A program made the translations under genes and the position numbers. Below, piece after piece: positions 1-11,811 of a stretch of DNA of 64,000 nucleotides. The DNA is from Streptococcus parasanguinis (lineage in GTDB: Bacteria > Bacillota > Bacilli > Lactobacillales > Streptococcaceae), in assembly GCA_905188195.1 (NCBI GenBank), contig CAJJKY010000008.1, positions 1,056 through 65,055 of the forward strand. Reading direction: 5' to 3'. The notes beneath the pieces were generated by a model. That model was not told the DNA's origin and did not search any database. It saw nothing but the letters and a program-made list of their open reading frames with translations. Position 1 is the stretch's first letter. Each line of letters opens with the position of its first letter.

Positions 1-798
1 GATATAGAAGAAGACCCCAAGGATAGCAGAAGAAGCGAGTAAGAGCACCCACGTAATCATCCGTAGCGTCAGGTTTTGAGCCTTGTAGCCAGGGATTTTA
101 TCGATCACTTGCTTCTTATCCGCCACCATCAAGTTGCTGGCTAGATCGCTAGAAGGGATGCTTTTCTTGGTCACAAGGGTTTGGGCTTGCCATTGATAGC
201 TTGGATCTGTTTTTTGCCGCATACCTGTGTAGGTATCCGAGCTGATAAAGCCAATCTCGCTGTAGCCGTATTTGGCATTTTTCGCGAAGGCCACGACCTT
301 AAGTTTTTGCTTAGAGGTTTTATCGATCACGTGATCGCCGACTTGGATCCCTTCATCCTCTTTGAAAGAACTGTCCAAAATGACCTCGTTTTTCTTTAAG
401 TCGGAGATCTTGAGGTCTGTATCTTCCATGATTGGATTGAGGATCTCTTTTTCATTGTGATCGGTTGCGAAGTAGGTGATATCCAGAGTGTTGGAATCCT
501 CTGTTTTTGAGACGGTTGCTCGCTGGATGGACAAGCCCGAATAGTCCATCCCCTCTATCTTTTGGACCTCATCTAAATCCTTCGCCGTAATAGTTGAAAA
601 GGGGATAATCCCTTCTGAATCCGTCGAAAGGATGTAGTGCAGCGACCCATAGTTATCGATTTGGGCCGATACCGACCGCCCCAGTCCATTTGTCAGACCG
701 GACAAGAACACCACCATAAACATGAGAATGGTAATGAGGAGTTCAATCAGGATAAACTTCTTGGGCTGGTATTTAATTTCATTCCATGCGATTTTCAT
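1..798 (-). CDS. ABC transporter permease, FtsX/HrtB-like (3' end runs off the window)
   Basis: Read manually: SD AGGAGAAGGA, then ATG at 798. MKIAWNEIKYQPKKFILIELLITILMFMVVFLSGLTNGLG...IPGYKAQNLTLRMITWVLLLASSAILGVFFYI, open to position 1. Confidence 0.8.
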   Translation of the reverse strand, partial: MKIAWNEIKYQPKKFILIELLITILMFMVVFLSGLTNGLGRSVSAQIDNYGSLHYILSTDSEGIIPFSTITAKDLDEVQKIEGMDYSGLSIQRATVSKTEDSNTLDITYFATDHNEKEILNPIMEDTDLKISDLKKNEVILDSSFKEDEGIQVGDHVIDKTSKQKLKVVAFAKNAKYGYSEIGFISSDTYTGMRQKTDPSYQWQAQTLVTKKSIPSSDLASNLMVADKKQVIDKIPGYKAQNLTLRMITWVLLLASSAILGVFFYI

Positions 799-1456
799 AT
801 TCCTTCTCCTTTTAGCACGGAGGTGCTCGAGTAGCTCGGCACCTAAACATACTCTACTATCATACCACAAGTGGGGGGATAATAGGAGGCTGGTGTTTGG
901 TAAAGTATGAAGGTATCGGATTTGTTTACTGTGTTCAATTTGTTTCTCAATTATTAATTGTTAATGAATACAAAAATAAATCTGCTATAGACAAGAAAAA
1001 AAGCCTTGATTTCAAGGCTTTTCCTGTTGATTTAGATGCCCCCTGCATGGATTTGGAAAGAACTTTCATATTGAGAGTAATTAAAAATGTTGAAATTTAA
1101 TTGAATTTCGGAAGGCGCTTTTAGGTATTTTCAATATCATGATTAAAAAGTAGGGCAAAAAACATACTGAATTGAACTGTTTAGTAGCTTAAATATATCA
1201 TGGCGCTATCTAAAAAGTTAATTTTATAGAGTTTGTTGGAATAGTTACTGAGTTTTTTGTTTAATATTCAAACTTTATTATTATATCATGAAAATAATTA
1301 GAAAAACAGACTTGTATTATTTTGAAATTTGTATATGATTAAGGTGTAAGAACTAGAAAATAGCCTGTTAGAAAGGGTAATGAAAGAATTAATCAGGCTA
1401 TATAAAATTGGGGATTGGTATTTAATGTTGTCAACCAAGAAAGGAAAAGATAAAAA

Positions 1457-1690
1457 ATGCAAATACATAAAAAAATTTTTATAGTAGCGCTGGTTTTATC
1501 CATTTGTATCTCACTTTATTTTCTTATCAATCCGTCTAATATTCTCACCTTTCCGATTTTTGTGAGTGAATTTGATGACACCACATTTAAATATTACATG
1601 TTTGTGAAGATTGGAATTGTATTATTATTAATCAAATTCTTACTGGATATATGCTTAGAGTATATCAAGAATTGGTTTAAAAAGTTTTGA
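1457..1690 (+). CDS. small AT-rich membrane protein (two hydrophobic segments)
   Basis: 77-aa ORF with SD AAGGA. Confidence 0.6.
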   Translation: MQIHKKIFIVALVLSICISLYFLINPSNILTFPIFVSEFDDTTFKYYMFVKIGIVLLLIKFLLDICLEYIKNWFKKF

Positions 1691-1703
1691 TATTTCTTTA
1701 CAC

Positions 1704-1743
1704 AAAAGAGTCTGAGACAGCGTTTTGTCCCAGACTCTTTTTT
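1704..1743. terminator. bidirectional intrinsic terminator between convergent genes
   Basis: AAAAGAGTCTGAGACA...TGTCCCAGACTCTTTTTT. Confidence 0.7.
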
Positions 1744-1760
1744 GAGTTGTGAGCTCTGTT

Positions 1761-2702
1761 TTATAGATTCCACTGCTTGAGGGAGACTTCGCCGCTATTG
1801 AGCCAGATTTCTTCTTGATTGTCTAATTGGACCAAGAGTTGGCCGGTATCAGAGATGTCTTTGGCGAGGCCTTGATAGGTCTGTTGGTTCTGCCCAAAAG
1901 TGACAGTTCGTCCCAGGACCAGGGAGCGCTCTTTGTAGAGGTAGACCAGTTCATCGACATCTGTTTGGAAGAATTCCTTCCAGATCTCACTGATGAGGTC
2001 ATTGCGGGTGATGGGACAAGGCCCTTCAAATAAGGAACCTGCCTTACTTTCTAGCTCTTCTGGGAAAGTAGGAATGGCTAAATTGAGACCGACTCCGATA
2101 ATGACATCCGTGACGAGACCAGTCTCAATCGAGGTAATAGCTTCGGTGAGGATTCCCCCAATTTTTTTATGGCGGTAGTAAATATCGTTGACCCACTTGA
2201 TATCGATATCGATCAGGGTCAGGTTTTTAATAGCCTTGAAGATGGCTCCAGCGACCATGAGGGTATAAGGGGGGAGCTCCGCAGGGGGCAGTTGAGGTTT
2301 GAGGTGAAGGGACATATAGATGCCTCCTTGATCGGGGCAGTAGTAGTCACGACCAAAGCGGCCCTTTCCTGCAGATTGCGAATTGGCCAGGTAGAGCGCC
2401 TTGCCTTCTTGATGGCTTTCTATGCCTAATTTTGCATCCAATTGGGTGGAACCACAGTCTTCATTCAAGGACACGGTCAACTGGGTATTTTTTGCGATGA
2501 CCTCAGGAAGCAGAATATCGCCTGAGACCAGTTTGTAGCCCTTCTTTTTTAGGGATTCGATGACGACCCCATCTTTTTCTAGACGTTGGATGGCCTTCCA
2601 GATAGAGGTGCGGGAAACACCTAGTTCTTGCGCCAGCTGCTCCCCGTTGACATAATCATCTGCCTGAGAAAGGGTTTGAAAGAGGATTTCGTGTGTTTTC
2701 AT
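1761..2702 (-). CDS. birA: bifunctional biotin ligase/repressor BirA
   Basis: N-terminal HTH (LGVSRTSIWKAI), GKGRFGR, KWVND, KIGGIL motifs. Confidence 0.95.
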   Translation of the reverse strand: MKTHEILFQTLSQADDYVNGEQLAQELGVSRTSIWKAIQRLEKDGVVIESLKKKGYKLVSGDILLPEVIAKNTQLTVSLNEDCGSTQLDAKLGIESHQEGKALYLANSQSAGKGRFGRDYYCPDQGGIYMSLHLKPQLPPAELPPYTLMVAGAIFKAIKNLTLIDIDIKWVNDIYYRHKKIGGILTEAITSIETGLVTDVIIGVGLNLAIPTFPEELESKAGSLFEGPCPITRNDLISEIWKEFFQTDVDELVYLYKERSLVLGRTVTFGQNQQTYQGLAKDISDTGQLLVQLDNQEEIWLNSGEVSLKQWNL

Positions 2703-2710
2703 AAGACCTC

Positions 2711-3721
<1,011 letters not shown>

Positions 3722-3772
3722 TCATCCTTTATTGATTTCTACTTCCAGTATACTCTAAAAACTAGTAAAAAG

Positions 3773-3791
3773 AAATAAAATTTTACTAAAA
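3773..3791. promoter_or_regulatory. putative GalR operator
   Basis: AAATAAAATTTTACTAAAA, identical to 14372-14390 upstream of galK. Confidence 0.6.
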
Positions 3792-4619
3792 TTTATGTTT
3801 GCTACGATATTGGCTAGGAGTCAGTTGGCTATAGGCCTTAAAAGCCTTTGAAAAATAGAGGGGATCCGAAAAGCCCACTGAGTAAGCCACAATCTTAATG
3901 CTTTCGTCCGTGTTGGTCAGTAACTGTTGGGCACGCTGCATGCGGACCGAGTACAAGAATTCCTTGGGAGAGATCTGGTGAAACTCCTTAAAGACAGTTG
4001 TCAGGTAAGACCGATGGACATTGAGGTCATCAGCGATCTCTTGAATACTCAAGTGTTCTTTACCGTAATGCGTCTCAATCACATGCTTACAGGTCAGGTA
4101 GAGTTGATAGGTTGGAGAGAGATAGCTCTTTTGTACGTTGGGTGCTACTTCCCCAATGAGATAAAGCAGTTCATAGATCTGCGAGAGAAGGTGGAGTTGG
4201 TAATGTGAAGTCATTTTTGAAGCCTCTGCTTTGTGGACGAGTTGTTCCATAAACTGGCCGATCAGTTCGGTTTCCACCTCTGTTTTCTTTAGAAAACCAT
4301 TTTCATGCAAGGTAGAAAAACGCATGAAATCACTCACCTTGGTGCCACTGATGCCAATCCAGTAGTAGGACCAAGGTTCTTCGGCATCGGCCTTGTAGTA
4401 GGTCACCTTATTTTTGGGGAGAAGAAAGAGATCCCCTGCTTCTAGGTGGATTTCTTTCTTATTGAAGTGTAAGACACCTTTTCCCTTGGTGATATAATGC
4501 AGAACAAAATTATCTCGAACGCTAGGGCCAAATTCATAGTTTTTGGGGCAATCTTCGTAGCCATAAAAATCAAGGGCTAGGTCAATGGTATCGGTTTGGT
4601 ATTCAGAAAAGACTAACAT
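3786..4619 (-). CDS. msmR: AraC-family activator of the raffinose/msm operon (RafR/MsmR)
   Basis: N-terminal cupin, C-terminal AraC HTH (VGFSDPLYFSKAFK); divergent from aga. Confidence 0.85.
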   Translation of the reverse strand: MLVFSEYQTDTIDLALDFYGYEDCPKNYEFGPSVRDNFVLHYITKGKGVLHFNKKEIHLEAGDLFLLPKNKVTYYKADAEEPWSYYWIGISGTKVSDFMRFSTLHENGFLKKTEVETELIGQFMEQLVHKAEASKMTSHYQLHLLSQIYELLYLIGEVAPNVQKSYLSPTYQLYLTCKHVIETHYGKEHLSIQEIADDLNVHRSYLTTVFKEFHQISPKEFLYSVRMQRAQQLLTNTDESIKIVAYSVGFSDPLYFSKAFKAYSQLTPSQYRSKHKF

Positions 4620-4673
4620 CGGTAAACCTCCTACCTAACATTTTACCATATATGTCCAACAAAATTCTATTTT

Positions 4674-4687
4674 CGAAAGCGTTTACA
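4674..4687. promoter_or_regulatory. cre (CcpA site) between msmR and aga
   Basis: CGAAAGCGTTTACA. Confidence 0.65.
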
Positions 4688-4779
4688 TCAAGTAAAATAA
4701 AGACATGCTAAAAAAGAAAGTTATTGGAACTGAATTTAAAAATACATAGTGATATTTTTCGGTTCCAATGGAGGAAGAT

Positions 4780-6942
4780 ATGGCAATTCGTATTGAACAG
4801 AATTTGTTCTATGTAGAAAGTAAGGGACTGAGCCTGATCCTTGAAAATCGAGATGGCTACCTGATGCTTAAGCATCTGGGACGTCCGATCCCGTCTTATC
4901 ATTTTTTCAATACGGTGCATGAGAAGGATCATGCTTTCTCTGGAAATCCAACACCTGACAATCGAACCTTCAGCTTGGATACCCAGCGTCAGATCCTAGG
5001 ACAGCACGGGCTTGGAGATTTCCGAAAGCCGTCTATTCAAATCCAGCACGGCGCCACAGAGGTGACGGATTTCCTCTATGTCGGAGCCAATATCTACTCT
5101 GGCAGTGTCGAGGCAACTGGTCTTCCCAATCCACATACAGTAGATAGTGCTGAAACCTTGGCCTTGGTCTTTGAAGATGATCAAGCGGCCCTGCGTTTGA
5201 CCCTCTATTACACGGCTTACGAGGATCGAGCAACCATCACTAGCTTTTCAAAGATTGAAAACTGCAGTGATGAAACCGTCGTGATCCACAAGGCCTTCAG
5301 TGTGTTGGCCGATGTCCCAGCAGGTGACTACGATGTCATCACCCTTCAAGGGGCCTATGCGAGAGAAAAAACAGTCCGCCGGCAACAAGTGGAGCAAGGA
5401 ATCTTCTCCATCAACTCTAACCGTGGTGCTTCTGGACATGCCCAGACCCCAGCTCTTATCCTTGCTGACCATGAAGTGACCGAAGATGCCGGTTCAGCCC
5501 TTGCCTTCCAACTGCTCTACAGTGGGAATTTTGAAGGATTTGTTCAAAAGAATCAACTCAATGAAGTTCGGGTTGGATTGGGAATCAATCCAGAAAACTT
5601 TTCCTGGGAGTTAGCGCCAAATCAGAGCTTTGATACGCCGGTGGCCATGATTAGCTATTCACATGAGGGATTGACCGGTCTCAGTCAAGAGAGCCAAGCA
5701 TTTGTCCAAGACCATATCATTCCTAGCCCCTTTGCCCATAAAGAACGTCCAATTCTGATCAACAACTGGGAAGCCACCTACTTTGATTTCAAGAAAGAAA
5801 AATTATTGGAGCTGGCAGACGAGTCTCAAAAAGTGGGAATCGAGCTCTTTGTTCTTGATGATGGCTGGTTTGGCAATCGCTATGATGACAATCGGGCCCT
5901 CGGTGACTGGACTGTCAATGAAGAAAAATTAGGAGGCACTCTAGCAGAATTGATTCAAGGTATCCACGACAAGGGGCTTCAATTTGGACTTTGGGTGGAG
6001 CCAGAAATGATTTCTGTTGATAGCGACCTCTATCGGGCTCATCCGGACTGGGCTATTCAAGTCCCAGGCTATGAACACACCTATTCACGGAATCAACTGG
6101 TGCTTGATTTCTCCAATAAAGAAGTAGTGGCTTATATCAAGCAGGTCTTGGATGACTTACTTGGAAATCATGAGATCGACTATATCAAATGGGACATGAA
6201 CCGCAATATCACTAAGCTTGGGAATGGGCAAACATACCTTGAAACCAAGATGCAATCCCATGCTTATATCTTGGGTCTCTATGAAGTGGTTTCTTACTTG
6301 ACAGAGAAGTACCAGAACATCCTCTTTGAGTCTTGTTCCGGTGGTGGTGGCCGCAATGACCTCGGTATGATGCGTTACTTCCCTCAGGTATGGGCAAGCG
6401 ACAATACGGATGCCATTGCCAGACTTCCAATCCAGTACGGTTCTAGCTACCTCTATCCTACCATTTCTATGGGGGCTCACGTATCAGCTGTTCCAAATCA
6501 CCAGATGGGACGGATGACACCACTTGAAACGCGAGGTCATGTAGCTATGATGGGAAATCTGGGCTATGAATTGGATCTAACCAGTCTTCCGCAAGAAGAG
6601 TTGGATAGGATTGCAGCTCAAGTCGCTCATTACAAAACGATTCGACTACTTGTTCAGTTCGGAAAACACTACCGCTTGATCAATCCAAGCCAAGGTAGCA
6701 ATCAAGCAGCCGTCCAGTTCACTTATCAAGACCGCACGGTTGTAACCTATGTACGGGTCTTATCAACGGTTGAGGAGATCGAGCCGACCCTGAAACTCAA
6801 AGGGTTGGAAGAAGATGCGCTCTATCGCTTAGAAGGGACGGATCAAGTCTATTCAGGAGCCGAGCTCATGTATGCTGGCTTAACCGTCATTCTTCCTCAG
6901 GGAGATTTCCTCAGCAAACAATATGTTTTTGTCAAAAAATAA
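4780..6942 (+). CDS. aga: alpha-galactosidase, GH36
   Basis: [32 protein letters not shown] motifs; SD GGAGG before ATG 4780. Confidence 0.95.
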   Translation: MAIRIEQNLFYVESKGLSLILENRDGYLMLKHLGRPIPSYHFFNTVHEKDHAFSGNPTPDNRTFSLDTQRQILGQHGLGDFRKPSIQIQHGATEVTDFLYVGANIYSGSVEATGLPNPHTVDSAETLALVFEDDQAALRLTLYYTAYEDRATITSFSKIENCSDETVVIHKAFSVLADVPAGDYDVITLQGAYAREKTVRRQQVEQGIFSINSNRGASGHAQTPALILADHEVTEDAGSALAFQLLYSGNFEGFVQKNQLNEVRVGLGINPENFSWELAPNQSFDTPVAMISYSHEGLTGLSQESQAFVQDHIIPSPFAHKERPILINNWEATYFDFKKEKLLELADESQKVGIELFVLDDGWFGNRYDDNRALGDWTVNEEKLGGTLAELIQGIHDKGLQFGLWVEPEMISVDSDLYRAHPDWAIQVPGYEHTYSRNQLVLDFSNKEVVAYIKQVLDDLLGNHEIDYIKWDMNRNITKLGNGQTYLETKMQSHAYILGLYEVVSYLTEKYQNILFESCSGGGGRNDLGMMRYFPQVWASDNTDAIARLPIQYGSSYLYPTISMGAHVSAVPNHQMGRMTPLETRGHVAMMGNLGYELDLTSLPQEELDRIAAQVAHYKTIRLLVQFGKHYRLINPSQGSNQAAVQFTYQDRTVVTYVRVLSTVEEIEPTLKLKGLEEDALYRLEGTDQVYSGAELMYAGLTVILPQGDFLSKQYVFVKK

Positions 6943-6956
6943 AAGGAGACAGCCAA

Positions 6957-8216
6957 ATGAAATGGTATAAAAAAATCGGACTTCTTGCGACTACAGGCCT
7001 AGCCTTGTTTGGGCTTGGCGCTTGCTCCAACGATGGAAAATCTGCGGATGGCACAGTGACTATCGAGTATTTCAACCAGAAAAAAGAAATGACCAAAACC
7101 TTGGAAGAAATCGCGCGTGATTTTGAAAAGGAAAATCCAAAGGTCAAGGTCAAAGTTGTCAATGTACCAAACGCTGGTGAGGTGTTGAAGACACGTGTTC
7201 TCGCAGGAGATGTGCCAGATGTAGTCAATATTTACCCACAGTCCATCGAATTGCAAGAATGGGCGAAAGCGGGTGTCTTCGAAGATTTAAGCAATAAAGA
7301 CTATCTGAAACGTGTGAAAAACGGCTACGCTGAAAAATATGCTGTCAACGGAAAAGTCTACAACGTTCCTTTCACAGCCAATGCTTACGGAATCTACTAC
7401 AACAAAGATAAATTCGAAGAATTGGGCTTGAAGGTTCCTGAAACTTGGGATGAATTTGAACAGTTAGTCAAAGACATCGTTGCCAAAGGACAAACACCAT
7501 TTGGAATTGCAGGTGCAGATGCTTGGACGCTCAATGGGTATAATCAATTAGCCTTTGCGACAGCAGCAGGTGGCGGAAAAGAAGCCAACCAATACCTTCG
7601 TTATTCTCAGCCAAATTCCATTAAATTGTCTGATCCGATTATGAAGGATGACATCAAGGTCATGGATATCCTTCGCATTAAAGGTTCTAAGCAAAAGAAC
7701 TGGGAAGGCGCTGGCTATACAGATGTTATTGGTGCCTTCGCGCGTGGAGATGTCCTCATGACACCAAATGGGTCTTGGGCCATTACCGCTATCAATGAAC
7801 AAAAACCGAAATTTAAGATTGGGACCTTCATGATTCCAGGAAAAGAAAAAGGACAAAGCTTAACCGTTGGTGCGGGAGACTTGGCATGGTCTATCTCAGC
7901 CACTACCAAACATCCAAAAGAAGCCAATGCCTTTGTGGAATACATGACCCGTCCAGAAGTCATGCAAAAGTACTATGATGTGGACGGATCGCCAACAGCG
8001 ATCGAAGGGGTCAAACAAGCAGGAGAGGATTCACCGCTTGCTGGGATGACCAAATATGCCTTTACGGATCGTCACTTGGTGTGGTTGCAACAATACTGGA
8101 CCAGTGAAGCAGACTTCCATACCTTGACGATGAACTATGTCTTGACAGGTGATAAACAAGGAATGGTCAATGATTTGAATGCCTTCTTTAACCCGATGAA
8201 AGCGGATGTGGATTAG
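6957..8216 (+). CDS. msmE: sugar ABC transporter substrate-binding lipoprotein MsmE/RafE
   Basis: Lipobox LGAC; operon context. Confidence 0.9.
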   Translation: MKWYKKIGLLATTGLALFGLGACSNDGKSADGTVTIEYFNQKKEMTKTLEEIARDFEKENPKVKVKVVNVPNAGEVLKTRVLAGDVPDVVNIYPQSIELQEWAKAGVFEDLSNKDYLKRVKNGYAEKYAVNGKVYNVPFTANAYGIYYNKDKFEELGLKVPETWDEFEQLVKDIVAKGQTPFGIAGADAWTLNGYNQLAFATAAGGGKEANQYLRYSQPNSIKLSDPIMKDDIKVMDILRIKGSKQKNWEGAGYTDVIGAFARGDVLMTPNGSWAITAINEQKPKFKIGTFMIPGKEKGQSLTVGAGDLAWSISATTKHPKEANAFVEYMTRPEVMQKYYDVDGSPTAIEGVKQAGEDSPLAGMTKYAFTDRHLVWLQQYWTSEADFHTLTMNYVLTGDKQGMVNDLNAFFNPMKADVD

Positions 8217-8229
8217 GAGTAGAGAGACG

Positions 8230-9096
8230 ATGAAAAAAGTATTACAAAAATATTGGGCATGGGCTTTTGTGGTCATTCCCCTCTTATTACAAGCAATTTT
8301 CTTCTATGTGCCAATGTTCCAAGGAGCCTTTTACAGTTTTACCAACTGGACAGGTTTGACCTATAACTACAAGTTTGTCGGCTTGAACAACTTTAAGCTC
8401 CTCTTTATGGATCCAAAATTCATGAATGCTATTGGCTTTACTGCGATCATCACGATTGCCATGGTAGTTGGTGAGATTGCCCTTGGGATCTTTATTGCGC
8501 GTGTCTTGAACTCAAAGATCAAAGGCCAAACCTTCTTCCGTGCTTGGTTCTTCTTCCCAGCTGTTTTGTCTGGTTTAACAGTGGCGTTGATCTTCAAACA
8601 AGTCTTCAACTATGGTCTACCAGCGATTGGGAATGCCCTTCATATCGAGTTTCTCCAAACCAGTCTTTTAGGGACTAAGTGGGGAGCAATCTTTGCGGCT
8701 GTCTTTGTCCTTCTTTGGCAAGGGGTGGCCATGCCCATCATTATCTTCCTAGCTGGTCTGCAATCTATCCCATCTGAAATTACAGAAGCAGCAAGAATTG
8801 ATGGTGCGACTAGCAAGCAAGTCTTCTGGAATGTTGAATTGCCTTACTTGCTACCAAGTGTCTCTATGGTCTTTATCCTAGCCCTAAAAGGTGGGCTTAC
8901 CGCCTTTGACCAAGTCTTTGCCATGACTGGTGGTGGTCCAAACAATGCCACAACCTCACTTGGACTCTTGGTTTATAACTATGCCTTTAAAAATAACCAA
9001 TTCGGTTATGCCAATGCCATTGCCGTAATCTTGTTCTTCTTGATTGTAGTGATTTCGATCATCCAATTGAGAGTATCTAAGAAATTTGAAATTTAA
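8230..9096 (+). CDS. msmF: sugar ABC permease MsmF/RafF
   Basis: EAARIDGA loop; hydrophobic. Confidence 0.9.
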   Translation: MKKVLQKYWAWAFVVIPLLLQAIFFYVPMFQGAFYSFTNWTGLTYNYKFVGLNNFKLLFMDPKFMNAIGFTAIITIAMVVGEIALGIFIARVLNSKIKGQTFFRAWFFFPAVLSGLTVALIFKQVFNYGLPAIGNALHIEFLQTSLLGTKWGAIFAAVFVLLWQGVAMPIIIFLAGLQSIPSEITEAARIDGATSKQVFWNVELPYLLPSVSMVFILALKGGLTAFDQVFAMTGGGPNNATTSLGLLVYNYAFKNNQFGYANAIAVILFFLIVVISIIQLRVSKKFEI

Positions 9097-9109
9097 GAGG
9101 AGAAGCACG

Positions 9110-9943
9110 ATGAAACAAGATGAAAGAAAAGCCTTGATTGGCAAATACATTCTATTGATTCTAGGATCGGTTCTGATTTTAGTGCCACTCCTTGCCACCC
9201 TCTTTAGTTCCTTCAAACCAACCAAGGATATCGTAGACAATTTCTTTGGATTTCCAACCAACTTCACATGGGACAACTTTAGCCGTCTCTTGGCTGATGG
9301 GATCGGAGGCTATTATTGGAACTCTGTCGTCATCACTGTCTTGTCTTTACTTGCAGTAATGATCTTTATCCCCATGGCAGCCTACTCCATCGCACGTAAT
9401 ATGAGTAAGAGAAAAGCCTTTACCATCATGTACACCCTCTTGATCCTTGGGATTTTCGTACCTTTCCAAGTCATCATGATTCCGATTACGGTTATGATGA
9501 GTAAACTCGGTTTGGCTAACACCTTTGGTTTGATTTTGCTCTACTTGACCTATGCGATTCCACAGACCCTCTTCCTCTATGTAGGGTATATCAAAATCTC
9601 TATCCCAGAAAGTTTGGATGAAGCAGCAGAGATCGATGGGGCTAATAAATTTACAACTTATTTCCGTATCATTTTCCCGATGATGAAACCCATGCATGCG
9701 ACAACCATGATTATCAATGCCCTTTGGTTCTGGAATGACTTCATGTTGCCACTCCTTGTCTTGAACCGCGATTCAAAAATGTGGACCCTGCCTTTGTTCC
9801 AATACAACTACGCAGGCCAATATTTCAACGACTACGGACCAAGCTTTGCTTCTTACGTTGTCGGCATTATCAGTATCACCATTGTCTATCTCTTCTTCCA
9901 ACGCCATATCATCGCAGGAATGAGCAACGGCGCAGTGAAATAA
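9110..9943 (+). CDS. msmG: sugar ABC permease MsmG/RafG
   Basis: EAAEIDGA loop. Confidence 0.9.
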   Translation: MKQDERKALIGKYILLILGSVLILVPLLATLFSSFKPTKDIVDNFFGFPTNFTWDNFSRLLADGIGGYYWNSVVITVLSLLAVMIFIPMAAYSIARNMSKRKAFTIMYTLLILGIFVPFQVIMIPITVMMSKLGLANTFGLILLYLTYAIPQTLFLYVGYIKISIPESLDEAAEIDGANKFTTYFRIIFPMMKPMHATTMIINALWFWNDFMLPLLVLNRDSKMWTLPLFQYNYAGQYFNDYGPSFASYVVGIISITIVYLFFQRHIIAGMSNGAVK

Positions 9944-10145
9944 GATACAAAGGGACGATTCAGCTTGCTGAAAATTTCTGTAGTACCCTAGGGCATCCAC
10001 ATCTGTAGACTACTGAAGTAGCAACGGCTGTGGAAAACCAGGGAATCTGAATAAGAAGCCTTGGCTTCTTTGAAGATTCATCTTTTTCACACAGAGCTTA
10101 GGGCGTGCTCAATTCCAGATACAAAGGGACGATTCAGCTTGCTGA
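9943..10145. repeat. intergenic element bounded by 29-bp perfect direct repeats
   Basis: AGATACAAAGGGACGATTCAGCTTGCTGA at 9943-9971 and 10117-10145. Confidence 0.8.
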
Positions 10146-10242
10146 TTTCAATCGTATCCTATAAAGCAATTCTTAAAATACATAAACTCATAAAAGCCAG
10201 GTCTCTTCAGACTTGGCTTTCAAAAAAGGAAAGGAAACCATT

Positions 10243-11685
10243 ATGCCAATTCAAAACAAAACCATGTTAATTACTTACTCAGACAGCTTGGGAAATAACC
10301 TCAAGGACCTCTATGAAAATCTGGAGAAGCACTTTGGGGATGCAGTCGGTGGGGTTCACCTCTTGCCATTTTTTCCATCAACCGGTGACCGTGGCTTTGC
10401 GCCTGTGGACTATGACCAAGTGGATCCAGCCTTTGGAGATTGGGAAGATGTCAAACGCCTGGGGGACAAGTACTATCTCATGTTTGACTTTATGATCAAT
10501 CACATTTCTCGTCAATCTAAATACTACAAGGACTACCAAGAAAAGCACAACCAAAGTGCCTACAAGGACCTCTTCCTCAACTGGGACAAGTTCTGGCCGG
10601 AGAATCGTCCTACTCAAGCAGATGTGGACTTGATTTATAAGCGCAAAGACCGAGCTCCTAAGCAAGAAATCACTTTTGCAGATGGGACGACCGAGCACCT
10701 CTGGAATACCTTCGGGGAAGAGCAGATTGACCTAGACGTGACCAAGGAAGTGACCATGGACTTTATTCGCAAGACCATCGAACATTTGGCGAGCAATGGT
10801 TGTGATCTCATTCGTTTAGATGCTTTTGCCTATGCAGTCAAGAAGTTGGACACCAATGATTTCTTCGTTGAGCCAGACATTTGGGATTTGTTGGATAAGG
10901 TGCGCGATATGGCAGCAGGCTACGGTGCTGAGCTTCTTCCAGAGATTCATGAGCACTATTCCATTCAATTTAAGATTGCCGATCACGACTATTATGTCTA
11001 TGACTTCGCGCTACCCATGGTAACCCTCTATACCCTCTATAGCTCAAAAGTGGAGCGCCTTGCCAAGTGGTTGAAGATGAGTCCTATGAAGCAGTTCACG
11101 ACGCTGGACACCCATGATGGGATTGGGGTGGTCGATGTCAAGGATATCTTGACAGATGAAGAGATTGACTATGCTTCAAATGAGCTCTATAAGGTAGGAG
11201 CAAATGTTAAACGCAAATATTCCACAGCGGAATACAACAACTTGGACATCTACCAAATCAATTCGACCTACTATTCAGCGCTTGGTGATGACGATCGTAA
11301 GTACTTCCTAGCCCGTTTGATTCAAGCCTTTGCACCAGGTATTCCACAGGTTTATTATGTTGGATTCCTAGCTGGGAAGAATGATTTGGAACTTTTAGAA
11401 AACACCAAAGAAGGCCGCAATATCAACCGTCATTACTACAGCAATGAAGAAATCGCTCAAGAAGTGGAGCGACCAGTCGTGCAATCCCTTCTCAAGCTCT
11501 TTAGTTTCCGGAACAACTCGCAAGCTTTTGATCTAGAAGGAAGCATTGAGGTGGAAACACCAGATGAACATACCATTGTCATCACGCGCCAAAATATAGA
11601 CCAAACTGTCACAGCAGTAGCTCGAATTGATCTTGCTGAGGGCACTTACCAAGTGACAGAAAACGGTCAAGAAATGGTGTTTTAA
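10243..11685 (+). CDS. gtfA: sucrose phosphorylase, GH13
   Basis: [32 protein letters not shown]. Confidence 0.95.
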   Translation: MPIQNKTMLITYSDSLGNNLKDLYENLEKHFGDAVGGVHLLPFFPSTGDRGFAPVDYDQVDPAFGDWEDVKRLGDKYYLMFDFMINHISRQSKYYKDYQEKHNQSAYKDLFLNWDKFWPENRPTQADVDLIYKRKDRAPKQEITFADGTTEHLWNTFGEEQIDLDVTKEVTMDFIRKTIEHLASNGCDLIRLDAFAYAVKKLDTNDFFVEPDIWDLLDKVRDMAAGYGAELLPEIHEHYSIQFKIADHDYYVYDFALPMVTLYTLYSSKVERLAKWLKMSPMKQFTTLDTHDGIGVVDVKDILTDEEIDYASNELYKVGANVKRKYSTAEYNNLDIYQINSTYYSALGDDDRKYFLARLIQAFAPGIPQVYYVGFLAGKNDLELLENTKEGRNINRHYYSNEEIAQEVERPVVQSLLKLFSFRNNSQAFDLEGSIEVETPDEHTIVITRQNIDQTVTAVARIDLAEGTYQVTENGQEMVF

Positions 11686-11702
11686 AAAAATATGAACGAA
11701 CT

Positions 11703-11734
11703 AAAGGATAAGTAAAAAATGCTTATCCTTTTTT
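11703..11734 (+). terminator. intrinsic terminator after gtfA
   Basis: AAAGGATAAG...CTTATCCTTTTTT. Confidence 0.7.
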
Positions 11735-11747
11735 AAAACAAGCACCT

Positions 11748-11761
11748 TGCAACCGTTTACA
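11748..11761. promoter_or_regulatory. cre upstream of the GH3 gene
   Basis: TGCAACCGTTTACA, upstream of extended -10 TGGTACAAT. Confidence 0.65.
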
Positions 11762-11811
11762 AAACTATAAAACAATGGTACAATATCTATTGAAAGAAAG
11801 GAGGTCGCTTT

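Noticed and set aside
820..845. Hairpin in the 5' UTR of the first permease as a riboswitch
   Set aside because: A single stem in a ~55-nt leader, with no aptamer features I recognise
1020..1060. tRNA gene
   Set aside because: Only a short 3'-end-like fragment; no cloverleaf can be formed
181..1100. Short plus-strand ORFs at 181, 637, 722 and 897
   Set aside because: They are antisense to the minus-strand permease (1-798) or lie in its promoter region, and have no recognisable motifs
6957..9943. No ATPase in the msm ABC operon
   Set aside because: Expected: streptococcal sugar ABC systems often share MsmK encoded elsewhere
9943..10145. Possible CRISPR array (29-bp repeats)
   Set aside because: Only two copies, a 145-bp gap, and no cas genes in the window
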